In this document: positions 26,400-34,587 of the stretch, piece by piece
Layout: every line of letters starts with the position of its first letter
How positions within the stretch are numbered: the stretch's first letter is position 1
From: an uncultured virus (IMG/VR IMGVR_UViG_3300034378_000239)
Taxonomy: Duplodnaviria > Heunggongvirae > Uroviricota > Caudoviricetes
Length of the DNA stretch: 64,000 bases
Reading direction: 5' to 3' (one strand)
Virus record (IMG/VR): IMGVR_UViG_3300034378_000239
Notes under the pieces: model-generated
Told to the model about the DNA's origin: nothing
The model's input: only the letters and a program-made list of their open reading frames with translations
Database searches by the model: none
Translations under genes and position numbers: made by a program

Positions 26400-27019
26400 C
26401 ACACCCTCGTGAGCTTGCTGAGTGCCCGGAGCCGCCCCTTGTCGGGGTTCCTCTTGGGGGCCTTGGTCTTGGTCTCGGGGTTGCGGGAGCGGCCCGACTT
26501 TCCACCCGGAGCGATCCCTGGGTTCTCCCGCTCCACGAGCTGCTGGCCGAGCTTCCTCTGGTCGATGGCAAGAGCCGTGCGGCGTCCCTTGGCGGTCAAG
26601 CCGTAGCCCCATGCCGAGCGCTTCAAAAGGCCTCTCTTCGTAAGTTTCCTCGCCTCCCACTTGCCCGGGTCCACCTGTCCGTGCTTGAGGGCAAGCACGA
26701 GCACGTGCTTCTCGTCCAGCGTCAACCTCGTCGCGACCGTCTTCGGGTTGCGTTTGCTACGGGAAGCGATCTTCTTGCGGCGCGCCTTTCTCGAAGCGAG
26801 CTCGCCGCGGAGCCGCTTGAGCGTCTTCTCGATGTCCTTGATCTCCGAGCGGTGAAGTGCCTTCGCAACACGACCATCGGCCTTCTTGAGCATCGCCTTC
26901 TCATCGCGAAGCGCCTTTGCGTGGATCTTGACGAGTTCCTTCAGATCTTCATCTGAAGGACGAAGACCCAGGGTTGCGCGCCAACTCAGGTTCTTCTTGG
27001 GGTCTCGTTTTCGTGCCAT
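26399..27019 (-). CDS. LSKLTRV-tagged cargo protein (coiled coil + winged-helix-like module)
   Basis: KRNP..LTKRGLL....YGLTAKG..ENP..RNP..KRNPDKGRLRALSKLTRV. Confidence 0.8.
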   Translation of the reverse strand: MARKRDPKKNLSWRATLGLRPSDEDLKELVKIHAKALRDEKAMLKKADGRVAKALHRSEIKDIEKTLKRLRGELASRKARRKKIASRSKRNPKTVATRLTLDEKHVLVLALKHGQVDPGKWEARKLTKRGLLKRSAWGYGLTAKGRRTALAIDQRKLGQQLVERENPGIAPGGKSGRSRNPETKTKAPKRNPDKGRLRALSKLTRV

Positions 27020-27308
27020 CACACCCTCGTCAGCTTGCTGAGACTCCGCAGCCGGTCTGCGGCCGGGTTCTTCTTGGGTTTGGACGAGTCCCGTTTGGTG
27101 GGGGCCCAGTATTCGATGCCGCCCTCGGGGCCGTGAACATACGTCCCGGGGCTGAGCGGAACCGTCGGGCTAGGCAGCCCCTTGGGCATGCCGCATCCAT
27201 GGCCGCGGGCACGCACGTACGCTTGACGCGAATGGTCTTGCCGCCGCGCCGATAGGTGTAGCCCTTGCGCGTGTACGCCTTTCTCCTGACCGTGATCTTC
27301 CGTGCCAT
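27019..27308 (-). pseudogene. frame-split chimeric tagged gene
   Basis: MARKITVRRKAYTRKGY... frame differs from the frame carrying MPKGLP...KKNPAADRLRSLSKLTRV; the break lies near the edge of a 92-bp duplication. Confidence 0.65.
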
Positions 27309-27752
27309 GGGTGTTTCCCTAGATCTTCGAGAGCTCGCGGAGCCCTCTGCCTACGGGGTTGCGCCTCGGCGACGTCTTCCGTGCATGTGCCGCTCGCGGC
27401 TTCTTCGGGTTTTTCTTCTTTCCGATCCCGGCCGCCTTGGCTGCCCTGGGCAGCTCGAACATGTACCCCTTCGCCGCAAGATTCCGGATCCCGTTTAGGC
27501 GCTTTAGGATCTGAGAGCGCTGGGCGTAGAGCTTCCTCACGCTCGGGATCTTCGCGTCCGTCCCGAGCCACCAGTCGCTGAACTTCTCGTAGAAGTCCTC
27601 GGCGCTCTCGAGGTACGCCTGCGCGAGATTGATGGCTTCGGACGCACCCCAGAGCATGTCGGCCCAGTATTCGATGCCGTCCTCGGGGCCGTGAACATAC
27701 GTCCCGGGGCTGAGCGGAACCGTCGGGCCAGGCAGCCCCTTGGGCATGCCGC
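27103..27752. repeat. 92-bp direct repeat (27103-27194 and 27661-27752)
   Basis: Encodes GMPKGLP(S/G)PTVPLSPGTYVHGPE(G/D)GIEYWA in both genes. Confidence 0.92.
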
Positions 27753-27786
27753 CCTCCAAGTTCTTCTTCGGAGTCTTTTTTCGCAT
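27319..27786 (-). CDS. cargo protein with variant tag (RRNPVGRGLRELSKI)
   Basis: GAGGAG RBS; KKNP and RRNP motifs. Confidence 0.75.
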   Translation of the reverse strand: MRKKTPKKNLEGGMPKGLPGPTVPLSPGTYVHGPEDGIEYWADMLWGASEAINLAQAYLESAEDFYEKFSDWWLGTDAKIPSVRKLYAQRSQILKRLNGIRNLAAKGYMFELPRAAKAAGIGKKKNPKKPRAAHARKTSPRRNPVGRGLRELSKI

Positions 27787-27790
27787 CGTT

Positions 27791-28240
27791 TCACTCCTCG
27801 TCCCCGATGCCCGCGAGCTCGGCCACGCGGCGCTCGCTTTGGATCTGCTCATCGGACTTCTTGTCGGCCTCCTTGGCCTCGCGCAGCCAGCTCGGCGGCG
27901 CGGGCGGCTTGGGCGGCTCGGGCGGCTTGGGCGGCTCCCCGGCGAAGACGTTGACGGAAAGTGGACCGGCGAACGGGTTGGGTTGGCCGGGCACACCGAA
28001 GAGCGCCTGCATGGCCTGCTGCGCGGGGTTTTCCTTGGCCGCCTTGCGTTCCTTTTCCTCCTCCTTGTCCTTTTCCTTCATCTCGCGGTACTTGTCCACG
28101 GCCATCGCTCCGACGATCGCTCCGGCCGCTGCAGTCGCCGCGAACTTGGCGAAATCGAGCAGATGATTCTTCTTCTTGGTTCCGCCCTGGACGTCGTCAT
28201 CGCCCGACTGGCCGATCCGGCCTCCTTTTCCTCTGGCCAT
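27791..28240 (-). CDS. putative membrane-associated protein
   Basis: TAATG coupling; AATAAAGAIVGAMAV segment; Pro-rich tail. Confidence 0.65.
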   Translation of the reverse strand: MARGKGGRIGQSGDDDVQGGTKKKNHLLDFAKFAATAAAGAIVGAMAVDKYREMKEKDKEEEKERKAAKENPAQQAMQALFGVPGQPNPFAGPLSVNVFAGEPPKPPEPPKPPAPPSWLREAKEADKKSDEQIQSERRVAELAGIGDEE

Positions 28241-28638
28241 TACTTCTTCCTCCGCATTCTCCGCGTCTTTCGCTTGGCCCTCCGCTGCGCCCTCCGAACA
28301 CGCCCGCGCTGGAACCTCGCAAAGCTCTCGAGGTCGCCGACGAGCGCGCAGCCCTCCTCCTCGAGCTTCTTCCTCAGCCGCTCGACGGACTTTTTGGCCA
28401 GACGCTTGCCCTCGGTTTTGAGCCACTTGACCGCGAGCTTCCAGCGATTGATCCGAAAGGCGAGCCAACGTCTTCGCGCCCGCGACCGGGCCCTCTTGAA
28501 TCGGGCCTCGAACACGTCTATGCGCCCCTCCATGTAGTGAACGAGCTTGGTCCTGCCGTATTCGAGGTACCGCACCAGGACCCATCTTCCGATCGCCTTG
28601 GCGATCCGAACGAGCATCTCACGCTGACCGGTAGTCAT
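28240..28638 (-). CDS. basic helical hypothetical protein
   Basis: Operon context; GAGGG RBS. Confidence 0.6.
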   Translation of the reverse strand: MTTGQREMLVRIAKAIGRWVLVRYLEYGRTKLVHYMEGRIDVFEARFKRARSRARRRWLAFRINRWKLAVKWLKTEGKRLAKKSVERLRKKLEEEGCALVGDLESFARFQRGRVRRAQRRAKRKTRRMRRKK

Positions 28639-28648
28639 CTTTTTACCC

Positions 28649-29179
28649 TCATTCCTTTGCGCTTCCCACGCGAGCGCTGTCCCGAACGGTCCTCACGCGA
28701 TCCTCGGCCTCATCGAGAGCCTCGGGCCGATCTTCGGGCTTGACCCTGAGCTTCTTGGCGACCCGCTCGAGCAGATGCCGGTCGTAGCGGTCGCCCTCGA
28801 GCATGTACACGGCCAGGTCGGCGTCGTTTTGGCGCAGCAGCATGTGCACGTCGTCATTTTCGTGGCGGTCGACCGCGGCCTTGGCCTCGACCTGTCTCAT
28901 CCTCTCGTCGGTCCGCTCGATCACGGGGTCGATGTACTGGCCGACCTGTTTCTGGAAGTAGCCCTGTCCGGCGAACGAGAGCACCGCGAAGATCGCCATC
29001 ATCGCGGTCACGAACATCGTCGGATTGCGCTCGACCCAGACCTTCTTCTTGCCGTTTTCGGCGGCAATCACGGTCGTGAGCGCATGCACCGCCCGGACCA
29101 CCGACTCCGTCGACCCGAAATCCTCTCCCGGCGCGGGAAACTGGGGCTTTGCGGCGGGCTCCTCTTTCTTCGGTGGCAT
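28649..29179 (-). CDS. single-TM protein with coiled coil (lysis-accessory candidate)
   Basis: MFVTAMMAIFAVLSFAG TM segment; near the putative lysin. Confidence 0.6.
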   Translation of the reverse strand: MPPKKEEPAAKPQFPAPGEDFGSTESVVRAVHALTTVIAAENGKKKVWVERNPTMFVTAMMAIFAVLSFAGQGYFQKQVGQYIDPVIERTDERMRQVEAKAAVDRHENDDVHMLLRQNDADLAVYMLEGDRYDRHLLERVAKKLRVKPEDRPEALDEAEDRVRTVRDSARVGSAKE

Positions 29180-29201
29180 GGGCTCTCCTTCCGATCTCCA
29201 A

Positions 29202-29405
29202 TCAATGCGTTCTCGGAACCAGCGGCACGCTTTCGGGGTCGCGCGAGCTGTGCACGAGGCGGTCTATGGCCTCGAGCGTGGTTTTCAGACCCTTCAGGTG
29301 CGCTTCGGTCTCGTCGAGCTCCGAGACCACGGCCGCGCGCAGCTCGGCGAGGCGGTCCTCTAGCTCCTGAAGATCTTCGTTGTAGCGGCGTAGTGAGGTG
29401 CGCAT
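29202..29405 (-). CDS. small coiled-coil protein
   Basis: Heptad pattern; AAGG RBS. Confidence 0.5.
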   Translation of the reverse strand: MRTSLRRYNEDLQELEDRLAELRAAVVSELDETEAHLKGLKTTLEAIDRLVHSSRDPESVPLVPRTH

Positions 29406-29412
29406 GACCTTT

Positions 29413-30213
29413 CTAGATCCTGCCGTCTGCCTGAAGTGTCGCGCGAAGCACGGCGGCGAAGCCCGGGTAGCGTCGGACGCTCACGCCGCGCAGATGAAGC
29501 TTTTGATCCACCCCGAACCCCTTGGTCTCGCGGATCGCCTCCATGAAACGCTCGTGGATCGCCTTGCGCGTCGGATTCGATAGCGGCTTTTTGGCCAGCG
29601 TGTGGGTGTTCATGCCGGCGCGAGCGCGAGCCCAGTTGACGGCGCCCCACTTGGTGCGCAGCCGGTAGACGAGATCGGCCGTGAACGCGGCAGCGAACGG
29701 GACATCGAACACCCGGGCCGGATCCATGTCGCGCCCGACCTTGTCGTGGGTCGAAAGCGCGGTCACGGGCATGAGCCCCTGCGGGCCACCGGTGTACGCC
29801 CAACGCTTCGAGAGCCGCGAGCCCTCGCACGGCTCGGGACGCCAGGGGTTATCCAAAAAGCGGGTCTCGTAGTTGACCTTGTAGTCGCAAAGAAGACCGA
29901 GGGCCCGTTTCGCCTCCCGCGGGTCATCGTTGATCGCACCGGGGATCCCCCGGCTCTCGGTGTGGGCCGCGGCTATGAGAAAGTCACGAAGGCCCGGGAT
30001 CCGGGCGGCGCGCTCGGCCGCCTCGGCCGAGCGGATGATCCTCTGCCACTCCTCGTCGATCGAAAGCGGCGGAAACGAGGCCGCCCGAAAGACCTCCTCG
30101 GGCAGATCCCCAGGACGTGCGCCGCCCTCGTCCTCCGGTCCGAACAGGGTCTTGCGAGCACCGAGTACGAGCGTTCCTGCGAGGGCGAAGGCGGGCACTA
30201 CCCAGGGGGCCAA
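29413..30213 (-). CDS. lytic transglycosylase/lysozyme-like protein with N-terminal membrane anchor
   Basis: IAAAHTESRG..GA and GGPQGLMPVTA resemble SLT motifs I and II. Confidence 0.7.
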   Translation of the reverse strand: MAPWVVPAFALAGTLVLGARKTLFGPEDEGGARPGDLPEEVFRAASFPPLSIDEEWQRIIRSAEAAERAARIPGLRDFLIAAAHTESRGIPGAINDDPREAKRALGLLCDYKVNYETRFLDNPWRPEPCEGSRLSKRWAYTGGPQGLMPVTALSTHDKVGRDMDPARVFDVPFAAAFTADLVYRLRTKWGAVNWARARAGMNTHTLAKKPLSNPTRKAIHERFMEAIRETKGFGVDQKLHLRGVSVRRYPGFAAVLRATLQADGRI

Positions 30214-30216
30214 AGC

Positions 30217-30585
30217 TCACTCCTCCTTTTTTTCCTCCGACTCGGTCGCCTCCGTGGTGATCGAGCTGTCCTTCTTCTTGCCCGACCGCGAGAGCTTGCG
30301 GAAGACGCTGAAGACCTCGGTCGCGGCCGTGGCCAGCGCGCGATCGGAGAGGTTCTCGATGAACCCGCCGACGCCGCCGTCCGCACCATCCTCGTCCGCG
30401 TCGGCGTCGACCTCGGCATTGGCACCAGCCGGCTCGCTTTCGGCCTCCTCGAGAAACGAAAGCGCGGCCCTGCCCACGGCGAGCGCGGTCTGGTCAGCGG
30501 TCTCGCTCTTCGCGATCACGCGGATCTTGGCCTTTCGCTTGACGACGTAGCCGCCGTCCTCCGCCTTTTGCAATTCGAGCTTCAT
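30217..30585 (-). CDS. hypothetical protein
   Basis: AAGGA RBS; operon context. Confidence 0.55.
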   Translation of the reverse strand: MKLELQKAEDGGYVVKRKAKIRVIAKSETADQTALAVGRAALSFLEEAESEPAGANAEVDADADEDGADGGVGGFIENLSDRALATAATEVFSVFRKLSRSGKKKDSSITTEATESEEKKEE

Positions 30586-30654
30586 GTGGGGGATCGTCCT
30601 TTCTGGTACCTCTTTCGATTGAGTGTGTGTACCGCCCCCACAGTAGCAGATCCC

Positions 30655-31362
30655 CTAATCGGCCGCATGAAGGGCCGCAAACGTCAGCCCGGCAACCGCC
30701 AGCACCGCGACGCCGAAGATCCCGGCGGTGCCCGCCGTCTTGAACATATCCTTGGTGTTTTCGACCATCTCATCGGCGCTCTCGGCGACCTCCTCGCGAA
30801 GCGTGGGCAACTCGCCCGGCGCCGACTTCCCGAACGCCTCCTGTTTGGCGACCATGAGAAACTCGGCGAGACGATTCCACGGCATGATGTCCCGCCACCA
30901 GGCCCAAAGCTCCCGATAGTATTCGAGGGCCGCGACGAACTGATTTCGGACCATCGCGACCTGGGTCACGTCGGACCGCGTGATCACCCAGCCGTCCGCC
31001 CTTTTCGTCCACGTGGGCTCGAAAAGCGGCTCGGGGAAGTCGGGGTCGAACCGCCCGTAAAGGAGCGGGTCGAGCACGAAGCGCTTTACGTCCTCGGGCG
31101 GGTCGTTTATGTGGCGAAAGTAGAAGAGCAAGCGCGAATTGAATCGCGAAAGCTCCTTCATCGGGCCGACGAGGTGCCTCGTCTGCGACGTCGCGATCGT
31201 ATCGTCGATCTTGAGCCGGACCTTGGCGGCCTCGTTCCACATTCCGTGCGTGCAGTAGAGCACGTACCAAAGCGCGGTCATGGACGGGAACTTCTCGTAG
31301 ATCCCACGCAGGATGTTTGTCCACATGACCACGTTTACAGGCGCGAAGCTCCGGTCTGCCAT
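30655..31362 (-). CDS. C-terminally membrane-anchored protein
   Basis: GGAGGAG RBS; ends AGIFGVAVLAVAGLTFAAL. Confidence 0.65.
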   Translation of the reverse strand: MADRSFAPVNVVMWTNILRGIYEKFPSMTALWYVLYCTHGMWNEAAKVRLKIDDTIATSQTRHLVGPMKELSRFNSRLLFYFRHINDPPEDVKRFVLDPLLYGRFDPDFPEPLFEPTWTKRADGWVITRSDVTQVAMVRNQFVAALEYYRELWAWWRDIMPWNRLAEFLMVAKQEAFGKSAPGELPTLREEVAESADEMVENTKDMFKTAGTAGIFGVAVLAVAGLTFAALHAAD

Positions 31363-31399
31363 GGGGATCTCCTCCCCAGCAGCATACCACAGGAGTCCC

Positions 31400-32326
31400 C
31401 TAGCCGTGGCGTGCGAGGTAGTCCGAGTAGGTGAGGCCGAGGCCCTCGTCGAGCGAGACCTCGGGTACCCAGCCGAGCGCGCGCATGCGCGTCGAGTCGG
31501 TGACCTTGCGCGGCGTGCCATCGAGCTCGCCTGAAAAGCCGATCTCTCCGTCAAAACCCGTCAAATTCGCCACTTTTGCCGCGAGGTCGGAGATGCTCAG
31601 CTCGTCGCCCGAGCCGACGTTCACCGGACCGAGGCGGCTATAGCGCTCCATGGCGAGCACACATGCCAAGGCGACGTCATCGACGTAGGTGAGCTCCCGG
31701 AGCGCGGCGCCGGTGCCCCAAAGCGTCACGCGGCCGCGGCCCTTCTTTCGTGCATGATGGAACCTGCGAATGAGCGCAGGGATCACGTGCGAGCTCTCGG
31801 CATCGTAGGTGTCGCCCGGACCGTAGAGATTCGAGGGCTGGACCGAGATGAAGTTCGCACCGTGCTGGCGGCGATACGCATCACAGAGCTCGATGGCCGC
31901 AATCTTCGCGATCGCGTACGCGCGATTCGTGTCCTCGAGCGGCCCGGATAGAAGCGCCTCCTCTTTCATGGGCTGGTCGCAAAGCCGCGGGTAAATGCAC
32001 GAGCTCCCGAGCATGAGGAGCTTCTTGGTCCCGAAGAGGTGCGCGCACTCGATGACGTTCGAGGCGATCTGGAGGTTTTTGTGCAGGAACTCGGCCGGGC
32101 GCGTCTTGTTCGCGAGGATCCCCCCGACCACGCCAGCGGCCACGAAGACCAGGGCGGGCCTCTCCTCGTCGAACCATTCCATGGTCTGGTGCTGGTCGGT
32201 GAGGTCGAGCGCGGCGTGGCCCCTCCCGATGATGTCTTTGTACCCGAGCTCGCGCAGCTTGCGACAGATCGCAGAGCCGACCATGCCGGTATGGCCAGCG
32301 ACGTAGACCTTGACATCACGATCCAT
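31400..32326 (-). CDS. fcl: GDP-L-fucose synthase
   Basis: VAGHTGMVGSAI, VGGILAN, LGSSCIYP, YAIAK, NLYGPGD, SHVIPALI, WGTG..LRE. Confidence 0.95.
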   Translation of the reverse strand: MDRDVKVYVAGHTGMVGSAICRKLRELGYKDIIGRGHAALDLTDQHQTMEWFDEERPALVFVAAGVVGGILANKTRPAEFLHKNLQIASNVIECAHLFGTKKLLMLGSSCIYPRLCDQPMKEEALLSGPLEDTNRAYAIAKIAAIELCDAYRRQHGANFISVQPSNLYGPGDTYDAESSHVIPALIRRFHHARKKGRGRVTLWGTGAALRELTYVDDVALACVLAMERYSRLGPVNVGSGDELSISDLAAKVANLTGFDGEIGFSGELDGTPRKVTDSTRMRALGWVPEVSLDEGLGLTYSDYLARHG

Positions 32327-32557
32327 TCCGGGCTCCTTTCCTTGGGTCCTTGCCGAGCCCCACCCGGACGACGGCCTCGCCCACTCTTCGCACGAGTTCG
32401 TCGCGTGGCATCCCGCGTTCGCTCCAACCAAGCACGATTCGTTCGTTCGCCGTGAGCCCCGGTGGCGGAAAGACCGTGACGTAAAGGGCGCCCTCTTCCT
32501 CGATCGCCCATACGTGGACCGGATACGGACAAAGCCCGTCGGGAACGAGGGCGGCCC

Positions 32558-33589
32558 CTACGTCCTTTCCTCGCGCCTTTTTTTCTCCCATTTCGCCAGC
32601 TCCAGATCGTGCATGACCATCTCGCGCACCAGCTCCTCGAACGAAACTCGCGGCTCCCAGCGGAGCTCGGTCACGGTCTCGACGATGTCGCCGCAAAGGA
32701 AATCGACCTCGGTCGGCCTGAGATAGCGCGGATCGATCCGAATGTAGTCCGAGGCCCTAAGGTCCAAAAAACCGAACGCGACGTCGGCGAGCTCCCTCAC
32801 CGAATGCGAGACGCCGGTGGCGACTACCCAGTCGCGCGGCACATCATGCTGCACGATCCGCCAGATCGCGTCGGCGTAGTCGCGCGCATGGCCCCAGTCG
32901 CGCTTCGCGTCGAGATTGCCGAGGAAGAGCACATCCTGCAGCCCAAGCTTGATCCTGGCCGCGGCCATCGTGATCTTCCGCGTCACGAAGGTCTCGAGGC
33001 GCCTGGGCGACTCGTGATTGAACAGGATCCCGTTCGCGATGTGAAGCCCGTACCCTTCGCGGTAGTTCTGGGCCAAGTGGTACGCGAACGTCTTGGCCGC
33101 CGCGTATGGCGATCGCGGCTGAAACGGCGTTTTGACCGACTGCGGCGGCGGTGAGCCCCCGAACATCTCCGAGCTCGACGCCTGATAAAACCGCGGCCTC
33201 TTGCCGCTTCTGACCTGGTACCAGCGCATGGCCTCGAGCATGCGAAGCGCCCCGAGCGCGACGGTGTCGGCGGTGTACACTGGCTGGTCGAACGACACGC
33301 GAACGTGCGACTGCGCGGCGAGGTTGTAGATCTCGTCGGGCTCGACGTCGCCGATGATGCGCTCGAGCGATGAGGCATCTTGAAGGTCACCATAGTGAAG
33401 AACCAGGCGCCGGTTCGAAACATGCGGACCTTGGTACAGATGCTCGATCCGCTCGGTCGCAAACGTGCTCGTCCGCCTTATGATTCCATGCACGGAGTAG
33501 CCGAGCTGAAGGAGAAGGTCGGCAAGGTAGGAGCCGGTCTGCCCCGTGATGCCGGTGATCAGCGCGGTTTTCGTGGCCACGACGCGCAT
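32558..33589 (-). CDS. gmd: GDP-mannose 4,6-dehydratase
   Basis: [74 protein letters not shown]. Confidence 0.97.
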   Translation of the reverse strand: MRVVATKTALITGITGQTGSYLADLLLQLGYSVHGIIRRTSTFATERIEHLYQGPHVSNRRLVLHYGDLQDASSLERIIGDVEPDEIYNLAAQSHVRVSFDQPVYTADTVALGALRMLEAMRWYQVRSGKRPRFYQASSSEMFGGSPPPQSVKTPFQPRSPYAAAKTFAYHLAQNYREGYGLHIANGILFNHESPRRLETFVTRKITMAAARIKLGLQDVLFLGNLDAKRDWGHARDYADAIWRIVQHDVPRDWVVATGVSHSVRELADVAFGFLDLRASDYIRIDPRYLRPTEVDFLCGDIVETVTELRWEPRVSFEELVREMVMHDLELAKWEKKRREERT

Positions 33590-33609
33590 GGTACACTCCG
33601 CAAAGCCTC

Positions 33610-34587
33610 ATGCCCATCGAAAAAGCCCTCCTCGCCACCATCAACTATGACCATCCGCAACGGGGGATGCTCGATGCTTTCGTGAAGGTCTTCGGGGCCC
33701 CAAACGTGGTCGATTGCGACTACTTCCATTCGGGCGGCGAGAAGCCCGACGACATGCTCGTCCGAATGGCGAGGCAACATAGGCCCGACTGGATCTGGCT
33801 GCAGCTTCAGGATTCGAGCAAGATCACCGCGGACGCGATCAAGCAGATCCGCGCCGAGCTGCCCCAGACCGTCGTGACCCACTGGACGGGAGATCTCAGG
33901 CCGCAGGTCTCGCACTACCTCGGGACGATCTGCGAGGTCACGCACGCTACGTTTTGCTCGTCCGTCGGCCAGATCGACCTCTTCAAGAAGGCGGGGGCCT
34001 CTTTCTGCCAATACGTCCAGATCGGCCTCGACTGGGACGAGGACGTGGCCGCGCCCGAAAAGCCGCCGCCTTTTCCGATCCCCGACGTCGTCTTCTGCGG
34101 CGGCTACTACGGCGACTCGTTCCCGGGCACGAAGCAGCGCGTCGATGCGATCCTGGCGCTCAAACGCGCAGGCATCGGGATCGGCGTGGTCGGACAGGGA
34201 TGGTCGGCCGGCGGCTACAACGTGCTCGGGCACTGCCACGTCAAGGAGCAGATCCACGTCTGGCGCGCGGCCAAGATCTGCCTGAACGTCAACCACTACA
34301 ACGACATCCCGCTCTACTACTCCGACCGGCAGCTCATCGCCATGGCGAGCGGGCGCCCGACCGTGTGCCACTACGTCCCCAAGCTCGAGTTCGAGTTCCA
34401 AAACTGGACCCACTGCGTCTGGTACCGGAACACGAACGAGCTCGTCGAGATCGTCCAGGCTCTCCTTCGTGACCCGGAGATGAGGCAGCGCATCGGAGCC
34501 TGCGGCAAGAAAGAGGTCGTCCAAAACCACACTTGGGAGGCGCGGATCCGCGTGCTCCTTCCCACGATCGAGGAACTCAGACCATGA
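33610..34587 (+). CDS. CgeB-like (GT-B) glycosyltransferase
   Basis: DVVFCG, AKICLNVN, YYSDR...MASG, L..P..R.RIG..G...V..NHTW..R. Confidence 0.85.
   Translation: MPIEKALLATINYDHPQRGMLDAFVKVFGAPNVVDCDYFHSGGEKPDDMLVRMARQHRPDWIWLQLQDSSKITADAIKQIRAELPQTVVTHWTGDLRPQVSHYLGTICEVTHATFCSSVGQIDLFKKAGASFCQYVQIGLDWDEDVAAPEKPPPFPIPDVVFCGGYYGDSFPGTKQRVDAILALKRAGIGIGVVGQGWSAGGYNVLGHCHVKEQIHVWRAAKICLNVNHYNDIPLYYSDRQLIAMASGRPTVCHYVPKLEFEFQNWTHCVWYRNTNELVEIVQALLRDPEMRQRIGACGKKEVVQNHTWEARIRVLLPTIEELRP

Larger units (their letters stand above)
23775..27042 (-). repeat. six copies of a 26-bp gene-junction repeat (CATCACACCCTCGTGAGCTTGCTGAG on +)
   Basis: Copies at 23775, 24615, 25268, 25633, 26397, 27017; encodes LSKLTRV-stop and the next ATG. 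Confidence 0.95.

Noticed and set aside
23775..27042. 26-bp junction repeats as a CRISPR array or integron attC sites
   Set aside because: Intervals are 365-840 bp of intact ORFs, the repeat is coding and non-palindromic, and no cas genes or RYYYAAC/GTTRRRY boxes were seen.
15198..27752. Near-identical repeat pairs as diversity-generating retroelement TR/VR
   Set aside because: No reverse transcriptase recognised, and mismatches are few and not clearly adenine-specific.
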